Part shown: one piece after another, positions 37,482 to 48,000 of the stretch | Position numbering within the stretch: the stretch's first letter is position 1 | How the letters are laid out: every line of letters starts with the position of its first letter | Origin: Calcarisporiella thermophila CBS 279.70 | Taxonomy: Eukaryota > Fungi > Calcarisporiellomycota | Length of the DNA stretch: 52,631 nucleotides | NCBI RefSeq assembly: GCF_041956535.1 | Contig: NW_027192200.1 | Location: forward strand, 709,118 to 761,748 | Direction: 5' to 3' | Translations under genes and position numbers: made by a program | Notes under the pieces: generated by a model | What the model was told of the DNA's origin: nothing | Database searches by the model: none | What the model saw: the letters and a program-made list of their open reading frames with translations, nothing else

Positions 37482-38456
37482 TTGGCTGAAGCTTGTAAAG
37501 TATCTAATGGGTGTAATTACATGCAAATCCAAGATTCTGTCTCTGCCATAGCGGAAACAGTAGTGACTGGATGCCTTGTGCTAGTGACCGGACGACCTCT
37601 ATTCATTGGGGTCACTATCGCAATCGTCCAGGCAGTTAAGTTCATATTTAACTTATCTAATCTGGGGCTCAAAGACGCAGCGGAATTGTCACTTGGGGCC
37701 AGCACCTGTCTAGTTATAGCTATTACTGGTACTGCGTGTAGTGGACATCGCAAGTTAAAAGCAGCACACGCCACTAGGGATCTGCTAGAAGAAATTAGTG
37801 ACACCAACAAGGATATTATATCAGTAACGCGAGAAGCAGCTGAACAGGTGGATTTTTGGTGTGGTGAAGCAGGCATGACCGTGCGAATATTGAGTGCCTT
37901 CGGAACAGTCAATCAACACGGATTGCATTACCATGTTTCTAGACCCACAAACAGCCATACTGCTGCGGCCGCAAAAGAGCAGGCGACGGAATACTTGATC
38001 GTGCGACCGTGGGTAACGGGATGGCAGCGTTCGTTTGAAGGCTGGTCGGTGACGATTGCACTCGGGTTGACCATTCTGCAAGCATTACTTGCTGCATTAT
38101 TCCACCAAAAATGGGAGTCTTTACCTGCCACATTGGGTCCAGTGGCACCTATTGAATCCACAATGTTTCTATGTCGTGCACAACAGGATATCGAGTCCCT
38201 CAACGCGCCTTCTGATCTCTATTACAGTGGAATATTCTCCGAGGTGGCCACTGTTACCTTCGGAATTATCTGGACGATATTGGAGTTAAATTCAAAGGAA
38301 CTAGCCGATAAGTGGTACATACCTCTGATCATTTATATAATTTTAACTGCCGCCACATTATTCTGGTGGTATTGCAAGAAACCAAGTAGTTCAGTCCTGA
38401 CACCTCCTTGGAGACCAATGGATGTAAAGAAGTCCTTTCGGGTAATTTATCAATGA
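37482..38456 (+). CDS. Intronless orphan multi-pass membrane protein (first ATG 37520; start uncertain, possibly decayed)
   Basis: 324-codon open frame in AT-rich DNA with several hydrophobic segments. The frame stays open upstream to a TGA at 37431 (REFAN*RNYG), possibly a mutated Trp codon. Confidence 0.55.
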   Translation: MAEACKVSNGCNYMQIQDSVSAIAETVVTGCLVLVTGRPLFIGVTIAIVQAVKFIFNLSNLGLKDAAELSLGASTCLVIAITGTACSGHRKLKAAHATRDLLEEISDTNKDIISVTREAAEQVDFWCGEAGMTVRILSAFGTVNQHGLHYHVSRPTNSHTAAAAKEQATEYLIVRPWVTGWQRSFEGWSVTIALGLTILQALLAALFHQKWESLPATLGPVAPIESTMFLCRAQQDIESLNAPSDLYYSGIFSEVATVTFGIIWTILELNSKELADKWYIPLIIYIILTAATLFWWYCKKPSSSVLTPPWRPMDVKKSFRVIYQ

Positions 38457-39029
38457 GGCGTGACGAAATCTGCTTCTCCTATTCATGAAACACGCCAGCC
38501 TAGCCCGTGTCATTCCCAGGAGACCTTCGTTACAGCTGTAGTAGACCAGTAGACTTGCACAAAAAATATAAGCAATTTGCAGTTTCGATGAGAATTAGGT
38601 TACGATGGCGTATTGGATTTAACGTCTTTCAAAATCGACATATATACTAGTATTATTGAGTATTGGAAACTACCATAGTTTTTTTGCTTGTTAATTAGGT
38701 TTATAAGTATTTATTATAGCAATATTATAAAAAGTTGACCTTCTGTTTAGCAATAAAGTAAGTATTCTAGGTTTTCGCGTCCGGTGCATCAACAATACGC
38801 TGCCCTTCTTATCTGTAAAACAAATGGTTCGAGGTTGTGTAGGCTAAATTAAAATAAATAATACAGTAGGCAAGTAAGAAGTCGGGGTTGAAAAAAATGC
38901 TTGGTACGACATATTGAAAAAATCTTATATTTAACATAGGAAAAATGTAAAGTTCCCTATATTTAAATTAACTAATTTGGAAAGCATTTATTACTTAGAA
39001 ACACTCGATAACTGGAGTGACGAAGCAAC

Positions 39030-39224
39030 CCTTCCTCTCTCCCAATCCGCTCTTTCCCTCCTCCCCTCCTCCCCTCCTCCTTACTTCATACCTTTCACCA
39101 AATACCCAATCACTATATACATCTAATTTACCCTTTATTCCCCCCTTTTCTTATTTCATTGTAATCATTAAACTCTTGTAAGCTACGGAAACTAATAAAA
39201 GTCTCCGTTGATTGATCAAAAAAA
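39030..39224 (+). mobile_element. Probable 3' end of a non-LTR (LINE-like) retroelement
   Basis: Pyrimidine-rich tract, then TGTAA.., AATAAA looped in a short stem (acggaaac/gtctccgt), then TTGATC-A7 tail. Confidence 0.35.
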
Positions 39225-39743
39225 TTTTTTTTAAAATATATGAAAATATTTATTGAATTATTGATTAGAAATATTTACTTTTTAATGCTTTACCAGCATT
39301 AAAAATTAGTGGATGTTTATCTTTCTGCAATCTATTATTTCGACCCTTTCTGGAGTTCGCATTTTTTTCTTGTGGCTACTTGCGCACCCTTTTTCAGCTA
39401 TTGCATCGATTAGTATGACAGCACCACTTGATATACTATCTCTTTCGCGCTTTCACTGAATCTGTCCCCACTAATGCGATTCGTGCTTTCCTAAAGCGTA
39501 ATGCATAACCTCGAATGCTCATATCTAAACATAAAGGAAAGTTAGTTAAAGTCGACTGTTTAGCAAACAAAAAAGCTTTTACAAATTGTATTTTAACAGT
39601 ACAAATATTTCGCCTTTCATATTTATTCTCCTTAGTATACTAAGGACCGGGCGGCACGGGCAAGATACGAGAAGTCATTCCTCGCATTCCAACGCAGTGC
39701 AAGTGAAAGTAAATCTTCTGTTACTATTTGACAACAATTGTAA

Positions 39744-40123
39744 GTGTTTGTTGTCGCCAACCAGGGGGATATTAAGGATATAGCTTAAAAGTATCTGTTT
39801 CGGAACTACGAAGTGGTCGATCCGGCTAGTGGGCCCGACTGTCCAATCTGGCAGGCTATCCGCGCAACTACCGCGGTCCCTACTCTCTTAGAAGAGATCA
39901 CTATTGGTAAGAGACTCGGATGTTTGTTCAAGCAACTCTTTGCTACAATCACTTGGTTTTTGAGTCACTATACGGAATTCATTGCATGAGAGGTGGCAGC
40001 AAATATTTCGACGGAGGGATAGGTGCAAACAATCCTGCAAAGTTCGCTCTCTCCGAAGCCGAAAAGTGCTGGCCCGAAGCCAAAGTCCGCTGCCTGCTAT
40101 CGCTCGGAACAGGGACGGAATAA
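39744..40123 (+). pseudogene. Patatin-like phospholipase fragment (C-terminal half)
   Basis: VFVVA...*KYLFRNY...CPIWQAIRATTAVPT..EEITI / intron / KYFDGGIGANNPA..ALSEAEKCWP...CLLSLGTG*. In-frame TAA at 39786; no N-terminal GxSxG half is visible. Confidence 0.8.
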
Positions 40124-41299
40124 GCTGCTCCCAAATTTTCTTGAGATACTTGACTGAATGGGGAACAATCGAATAAACAACTCCCACTCCAAAAACAAAG
40201 CGAGCAATAAAGCATTAATCAAGAGAATATTCCTTCAGTAAATTTCTATTAGAATTTAGTTTACTCTTAATCGTTTCCGGCTTTTTAGCGCCCAAAGTTG
40301 TTTTGGATTTTTTATGGAGTCGGCTGAATCCACGGTTGGAACTAACTAGGTTAAAGGTTTTATTTCTTCATTTCAAGGTTGCTTGGAAGCAATCAACGAT
40401 GGCAGTACCCTGGAGTAACAAATTTTGGTAGATTTTTTCTTTTATAAATGGGCCTATAGACTGGAGATATTCAAGGTTTATCAATCAAAATCATTTCGGC
40501 TTAATTCTTAATTTCTTGTAGAAATAATTAAATATTTGGGTCCAAATTCATCATGAAACAGATGGGTAGCAATAATACCGAAGATTCTCACACAATGGAA
40601 TACGATGGAAACCAAGAGGCTTCCAGCTTCGAAGGATATTCAAACGGTTCCCGAAATTAAACGACGTCTATCTCGGGTTGTGTTGCTTGCATGAAATCTC
40701 AATAAGAATGGTTTACGTAACCTGTTGATGAAGTTGTCATTGTGATTCTATAGACTGGTGCATTTGAGTTGGAATTTGAAATGGAAAGTAGGAAATGGGG
40801 ATCAAAAGGAGTGTAATTAAATAAAATTTATACCAGAATCTAAGAGGAAATTGGTTGAACCTGAAAATACCACCCCGCCCTCTTGACAGTCATCTTTGGA
40901 TTTCTCACCTTGCGTTTCTTAGAATGTTTATGTGCATTATTTTGTTTACAGATGACTGGTAATGTGGAGGAAATTCCTGGCCAAGATAGAGGTTTAGAAG
41001 CGGCTGATTCCTCAGAAAATAGGTTAATTTTAATTGCTAGTGAGCCAAAACCTTTCCCACTCAAAAGTTTCCTCCTATTTCGAACACTTTTGTAGATCCC
41101 TCTATTCTGCTAATTAGAGGTGATTTTGGTACTAGGGGGTCCAAAAGTGGAAGATAGAGACTACTAATGCCATGATTTTTAATTTGAACCAAATTTATTT
41201 TAAGTATTTACGTACAGTATTGTTGTGCTTATAAATAGAAAATCCTGATATGCTTGATTATCTTGTTTTTTGAATAGTTCAGCTCTTTGTTTCTGGTAC

Positions 41300-41376
41300 C
41301 TACTCCTAAATCCCTCTTTTGTATTTACTCTTATTTTAATATAGGAATCCAGGAGTCGCAAATTACTTCTGTAGCA
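41300..41376. repeat. Degenerate second copy of the 34870-34981 inverted-repeat element
   Basis: tactcctaaatccctcttttgtatttact...ataggaatccaggagtcgcaaattacttc resembles the spacer and right arm of the first copy. Confidence 0.45.
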
Positions 41377-42376
41377 GCCATCACAACCAGGTTGTTTGGA
41401 GGTATGTTATCATAACACTAGCGGTATGATAACGGATATATATACAGTATATGGAGTAATCTACCTATCACTACTTAGGAAGAAAAGAGGTTATGCTTAT
41501 GATTTCCAAAATGAAGAGGCAAGAAAAGGAGTATTCATTGCACCAGAAATGAAGGTATTTGGATGTAAAGAATTGGTAGAGATGTTGTTCTCAAAGGAAG
41601 AACATAACATTATTGATATACGGTGTTATCTAGGCCAGTCAAATTCGTCATCCTTATATTCTTTAATTTTTTGTTTTATTCATATGAATAAAGATTCCTG
41701 TATGCATGCAGGAATCTTCATATTATAGAGAGGTCAGTGTGGGGTGAAAACTCTCAGCTCAACAAAAACTTACCCGATGTATCCGAGTTTTGAGGACAAT
41801 CCATGGCCATCTAGCAAGCGAATCAGTTTCCAGCCTGCCTCGAGGGTTTGGTTTCCAACGACTCTCAGAAGGATCACGATATTCGCCTAAGGCACGTGAC
41901 TGCCCTTTCGGGGTTTCTGGAATTTTCAGGCGAGGCATGTATTAGACACATAATTCACAGGAGGCATGATTGGAGACGGAGAGAGTCGAGGTCTTGGACC
42001 AAGCTCCTCGTCCATGACTGGCGGCCTGCCTTCATCTATCGGCCTGGAACCCCAAGGAAAATTGCATCCTGGTGCCGGGCAGGGATCGGCGAATCATCCT
42101 CGCTCGGGCGGAAGCTAATTCTTCGTATTGACGGATGCGAGCGTCTTATAAATCCGATTCCAACCTTCCTAGTTTGGAACCCGTCTATTATTTTTAGTAT
42201 GAAAATTCCTGGGCCCGGGTTCATTCCTATTCTCTTCTTGTTCTTGGCCATCGTTGCCCTTCCAACCGTTCTAATTTTCATGCAAGTGAATTGAGAGCTA
42301 GCCGTTACGTATCTTCATCATTGCTATTTATTTGCTTTCGGTCGTTCTTTCATTGTCACCCCCCACCGCATTAGTC

Positions 42377-44035
42377 ATGCTATCATCGATCCGCCCATCT
42401 CATTCCCTTCATCGCTACCGCATCCCATTCATAGCATTCCGACGCCTTTACAATACTCAAGAGCTCACGCCCACATCCCTCTCTTCACCTCCCCCTCCTC
42501 CTCCACTCCTTCCCCGCCATCCTTCGCCATCCCATGCTCCTCCCAATGTTGCGCACAAGCCCAGCTCTGCAAAACCTCCGGCATCCAATGTTGCCCGCCC
42601 CACTTATCGCCTCTCTCCCATGAACATCCCGACCGCCCCAGAGTTTGGCCTGAATCAGAACATTCCAGTCGATGAGGCGTTTAAGCAGCAGCTGCGGGAT
42701 ATCGTGCTCCACTTTAAGGCTCCCATACGATATGCGTTTGCCTATGGCAGTGGCGTGTTCCGTCAAGTGGGATATGATGGCAAGGTGGGTATCCCTCTTC
42801 CTATTTGTCTTTTTTTGGACCCGTTTTCATGATTGCATCTTTGGCCAGAAACAACCCATGCTCGACTTCATGTTCGCCGTATCCCATCCCGAGCATTGGC
42901 ATGCCATCAATATGCAGCAGCATAAGAGCCACTACTCGTCCGTCCGGCTCTTTGGCAGCAAGGCCGTGAGCATTTTGCAGGATTGGATGGGGGCCCACGT
43001 CTACTTCAACCCCTATGTGAAAGTCAACGGCATGGTAATTTGGCCAAGTTTATTCAAATGCTCCTTTTTTTAGTTCATGCTACAACCCGTTTCTCATTCA
43101 ACCTATGCGTGTGTAGATGATCAAGTATGGCGTGGTGTCCATCGATAGATTATGCAGCGATCTTATTGATTGGGAAACCCTCTTTCTCGCGGGCCGCCTG
43201 CACAAGCCAATCAAGATTCTTCGCGACGACGCCCGAGTGCGACTTGCGAACCAGGTCAACCTGACAAGCGCCATCCGCGTGGCCCTTCTGATGCTGCCCG
43301 AGCGCTTCACGGCTGAGGAGCTCTTTATGACGATAGCCGGCCTCTCGTATCATGGTAAGGAGCAAGCTTTCTTGTTTGAGGGGGAATTTTGGTGAGAGAT
43401 TGAACGGCATTGGGTGGCTGAACAAATAGGTGATTTCCGCATGAGGTTGGGAGAGGGCCCGAACAAAGTGCGCAATATTGTTTCCGCTCAACTTGACAAC
43501 TTTCACCGGCTGTACTCGCCCATCATTGAGGATCTGCCCAACTTGACCATGGCGCGGGGTGGGATTTTGCAGGTAGGTCCCGGACGCGATTGTTTGTTTT
43601 CTCGCTTTCTTTGTGATTGACGGCTTGTGGCCCCCCTCCCCCGTTAATAGCAGGATGGAAATCCACGGGTGCGCTCGCTCATGCTGCAGAAGCTCCCTCG
43701 GGTGCTGCTCTCGCACGTCAAGGAGCGGCACCGCCTGCACCTGCAGTCGCTCGGCAAGTCATGGTCGGAGGAGGAGCCGGGGGCGATGCAGGCCTTGGCA
43801 GCCGAACCGCTGCTGAAGAAGCACCTCATGGACGGTAAGCTATCCGAGTGCAGATGGATGCAATGCAATGCAATGTCGAGGCCGCCATGCTAAACAATTC
43901 TCTTTTCTTGTAGCAATAGAGGCCATTGCCAGCGCACCCACGCTCTCCCAGTCCTTTAAGGGGGTTCTCACGGCCGGACCCGTGCGGGCCTCGCGCTATG
44001 CCTACGACAAGGTCAACACGTGGTGGGGCAGCTAG
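42377..44035 (+). CDS. TAM41: Mitochondrial phosphatidate cytidylyltransferase Tam41/Mmp37, multi-exon
   Basis: Arg/Ser-rich presequence; FKAPIRYAFAYGSGVFRQ, MLDFMFAV..PEHWH..N..QH.SHYS, VYFNPYV, IKYGVVS..LC.DL.DWETLFLAGRLHKP, SYHGDFRM..GE.PNKVRNIV, QSFKGVLTAG. Stop at 44033-44035. Confidence 0.95.
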
Positions 44036-44509
44036 GGTTGGGCCCGTGTTGTTGCTGTGGGCCCCCCGCCCTCCCGCATTTGTTGTTTTCATTTCCATTT
44101 GTCTTCCGCGAGGGACCAGTGGCCTCGAGCGCTTCTGACGGGCGCATTTGTTTTATTTGTGTGTGTGTTTTCCTGTACAAATTCGAGCTTGAATCCAATT
44201 TGAGACTTGTTTGTTTGAAGTGAAACTTTATGACCTAGTCTACGCCGGTCACAGCGGCTGATGGGGAGCAGCCCGCTGCCATTGGTCAAGGAGATTATGC
44301 AACCAAAATTCTCATTAGGCTGTAGCTCATTTTTTTTTTAAGGGCGGCCGGCCTATAAACGAACGAAGCACAACAGTCTCCAAAGGATCGGGGATGGTCA
44401 CTTCTCATCGCAGAAAGCCAATCCATCACTAAAGCCCTCCCGCTCAGCATACCTGAACCCCCTCTTATCAGCCTACTGTAAGCTTAGCCTAGTCTTGTCG
44501 TCACTTATC

Positions 44510-46173
44510 ATGGTAAGCCCTCTTGCCGAGCCTGGCCTAGTCCGGCCCCCATTGATTCTAGGCCTTTCCGAGATTAATCCTCTGCCGCTTCTCTTCACTT
44601 CCCCTTCCCTCTCCCCATTGGCCTGCAGGGTTCGGATCAGAGACGCGCTCTCAAGAACCGCGTCTACCAGCGAGCCTACCGTGAGCGCCGCTCCAACTAT
44701 GTTAAGGACATGGAGCAACGCCTCCAGCTGTACGAAAAGGGCGAGAGCCGTCGCCTCCTTGACTGGCAGCTGTTTGCTCGCCGGCTGCACGACGAAAATA
44801 AGCAGCTCCGCACCCTCGTGAAGCAAATGGTCCACGAATGGGAGAGCAGAGTGGACGAGCCTCTTCCCATTGCTATTCCTGCGTTCTTGGAGGAAAAGCC
44901 GGTGATGCCGCCGCCAATTCTTGTCGAAAATGAATTGCAGCCTGGATCGGACAGGAATGAGCTCCCTAATTCAGCATTAGCTGCACCATTCCCAATGGAG
45001 GCGTCGAGAAGTGCCACGCTTTCTGTACCAATGGTTCCCAACAAATCCAATGGCGAGAATCCGAGCCAAAAGTACTTTCCCCTTGTTGCGGCTCCCCAGC
45101 CCCCGCCAATCGCGATTCCAATGGTCAAGGAAATAGTGCCCAAACAGATGCCCGTCATGGAGTCGACGGGTTCGCAAAATAACTCATCTCTCGCAGCAAT
45201 CAAGGCACCCTGCGGCTCATCCTCGACTTGCTGCGGTAAACCCCAGGGGCCTTTGCCCTGGTCCATCCCCCTGATTCCCCCAGAAATGCAGCCCAACCCA
45301 ATCTGCTCCCCTCAAAAAGCTTGCGGCACCGCGTCCTGCTCACCATCCCCCGCCGCTCACCCACTGCCCAATTTTACGACTCCATATTCGGCTGCCCGCC
45401 AAGTCGTGGCCAAAGAGTGCGAACCGCCGCCTCTCCCCAATTTCACACCGGCCTCCGGGTCAATACTTCCCGCAGTCAGCCCTCCCTCCTCTTCTGCCAC
45501 CTTCTCCTTCTCCTCCCCCACCTCCTCCTCCTCCTCTTTTTCCCCCCCTTGCTCGCCCTCCTCCTGCACTCGTCCCATTGGCAACGGATCTGACACGGTA
45601 GCCCCGGCGAACCCTGCCCCTGTTCATCTCCTACCGCCGCTTGAACATCTTCCCAATGTTGCGTGCGCCGACTCGATGTCCGACTGTCATGGCTCCCTCT
45701 TCTGCCGATTGCTGAACTATGTCGCCTGCTTTGCTAACCCACGCGCAGGTTGCTCGGTGGAGCAAATCCTGGCCACCCAAATCTTTGTTACTGACCCGGT
45801 GACGGGCGAGCTTCAAATGGCCATGGCCAACGACCAGACCGCGCGGAGCGACTCCGACGACAGCGACGACGAGGAGTATGAGCTGGTGGAGGCCTGCAAG
45901 CCCGCCAGCCAGTGCTGTCCCGGCAGCGCCTGTGCCCCGACCTCGTGCGGTCCCACCGAACTCGCCCCATGCATCCCCAAGAAATTGGACTGCAAGCAGG
46001 CGTACGAGGTGTTACGCTCCCATCCCCGGTTCCCGGAGGCCGCCCTCGAATGGCTATGTTGGGCTTTGAGAGAAAAGACGGTGTGCTCGCAAGAGGGGCC
46101 GGTGGTGCGCATCAGCGCGCTGAAAAAAGTTTTATCGCAGCTCGACTTGAATGATAAGCCGAGCACTTTATAG
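44510..46173 (+). CDS. Yap-family bZIP transcription factor with multiple Cys clusters and a Yap1/Pap1-like C-terminal CRD
   Basis: ATG-only first coding exon (44510-44512) and intron 44513-44628, then RRALKNRVYQRAYRERRSNYVKDMEQRL (Yap-type basic region). C-terminus LDCKQAYEVLRSHPRF..LEWLCWALREKTVCSQEGPVV. Confidence 0.85.
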
Positions 46174-48000
46174 AACAAGCCCATTCCCTTTGCTGGAGGG
46201 GAGGGGACGGAACGAGAGGAACTGATTTGATCCGATAGTCTTTGCTAATTATTTATTTCCTTTACGATCTGTACAATAGCATAATATGTATAAAGCTTGT
46301 TGGTGTTTCACTATTCTTTCCCACCACAGAGCCATCCATGTGCACTCTTTTTTAGTTTCTTTGAAGTTTGCCTTCTCTTTTGCTCTGCTCCACTGTTTAG
46401 CTGATAATTAAACCCCTACCACTAGGATGGTCACCTAGAGATAGTTTTGCAAAGGACCCATTCACACGTTATGAGTGCTAAAAACAGTAAGACAAGCCAG
46501 CCCTCGCTTCCTTTCTTCCCTGGCCGATGGCCACTTCTATCAGGGTTGGTCTTCGGTTTTGGGCTTGCCAAATGCTCTATGGAAGCACAGGTTAACTTGA
46601 TTTTAGACATGTTTTCCTGTTGTTGTTTTGCAAACTCTCTTTGGGGACAGGAATCTACCCCAGGAGGCACTGGACCATGCGACCGTGCCGATCGGTGCAA
46701 CGGATTGCGTTAACTGTGTCTCCATCGAGGGGTTTGCTCACGGGGAAGTAGAAGCCGCACATTCGGAACGCGACGCCGAGCAAGAGGCTTGAGAGCGGGG
46801 GTGGGAGAGGCGTCTTTTTGTCAGGTTGAAATGCGGGCGGATTTCAAGCAAAGGTGGAGGGGGCTGAAGATTGGGGCGTGGGCTGGACATCAGCAGGATC
46901 TGTAGGGTTGCCCAAGTGGGGTCTTTCTAGCTTTTGAGCTCTCTCCCTTTCCATCTTAGCTAAGGGAACATCGTGCTTGTTTGCCATTGCCAAGGAAAGC
47001 GGTGACCCCCGTATAGAATGCATTGTCATGCCCGTGCTGTCCAGTACGGGCAGTCAGTTTCGGCTCCAACGACTTCAATCATATCGGCTACCGTTGGATT
47101 TCCCGATGGCTGGCCATTCGGCAGCGCTTGATGTCCCGTAACACATCGGACCAAACGCGGAAAATGGTACGAAGGGAAGGTGCCATTGGCAAGGCTGCCA
47201 AGTCTGTCTAGTTATGAGCATGCTGGAAAGAAATTGTGATACGACTTGGCAGAGAATCATTTTGAAGGAGAGGAGCAAGGTGTTAGTGCTTTTGGTTTGG
47301 CGGATAGACCAGCATTTCCAGGACCATGAAGTAGTTGCACCCTTATTTCGATGCAATCACGCAACCTTGGATTACTCAGAATCTCCCTAACCAAAAATGT
47401 CAAATTAGTAGAAATTGACCATATTTGGGCAATTTATAACTGAATTTCCAAAAATTTCATCGTAGTTTAATATGGTAGACCCAGTCTTTATACACTGGGA
47501 ATTTCTAAACGAAACCTACAACTGGGTTTTGGGCCGAGATAAAATTAGCAGTGTGAGAAAAGAATAGGATACGAGAGGGTGGCAAGTAAGCGATTTGGAT
47601 GTGTAGGGAGCAGGGTTGGAGAACTTGGCCGGCCGTACCAGATATTTTCACGAGCTGCGAGCCTCGAAAGGGGTGGGAGCGGCGCCTAAAGTCGACTATT
47701 TCGTCAAGGTGCCTTTGGAAAATTATCAATATGACTTTATCCCTAGGATGGAATTCCTGGATGTTTCAGCGGTGAGCCAATAGGTTGGACATGTCTAAGG
47801 GGTCTGACCTTTACTCATTGTCCGGCTATCTTTTTTCGTGTTCTATTTCGGAACTTTGTCCAGTCCAACCATATTTCAGTTTTGATGTTTTGCATCTTTT
47901 TTTGTCATATATATAAATGTATGGGTTCGGGTGGGGGGAAAAGCTTGTCTCCAACTTTTTTTTTCATTGCTTTCCTCCTTTTATTTTAACTCACAAGAAA

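Noticed and set aside
40550-41830. Short coding-looking fragments (e.g. LRRIFKRFPKL; 41396-41728 ORF)
   Set aside because: Multiple stops and no identifiable family; cannot be supported without a search.
46431-47356. Chain of short minus-strand ORFs upstream of ENA
   Set aside because: No consistent splice model or motif; possibly a decayed gene or element.
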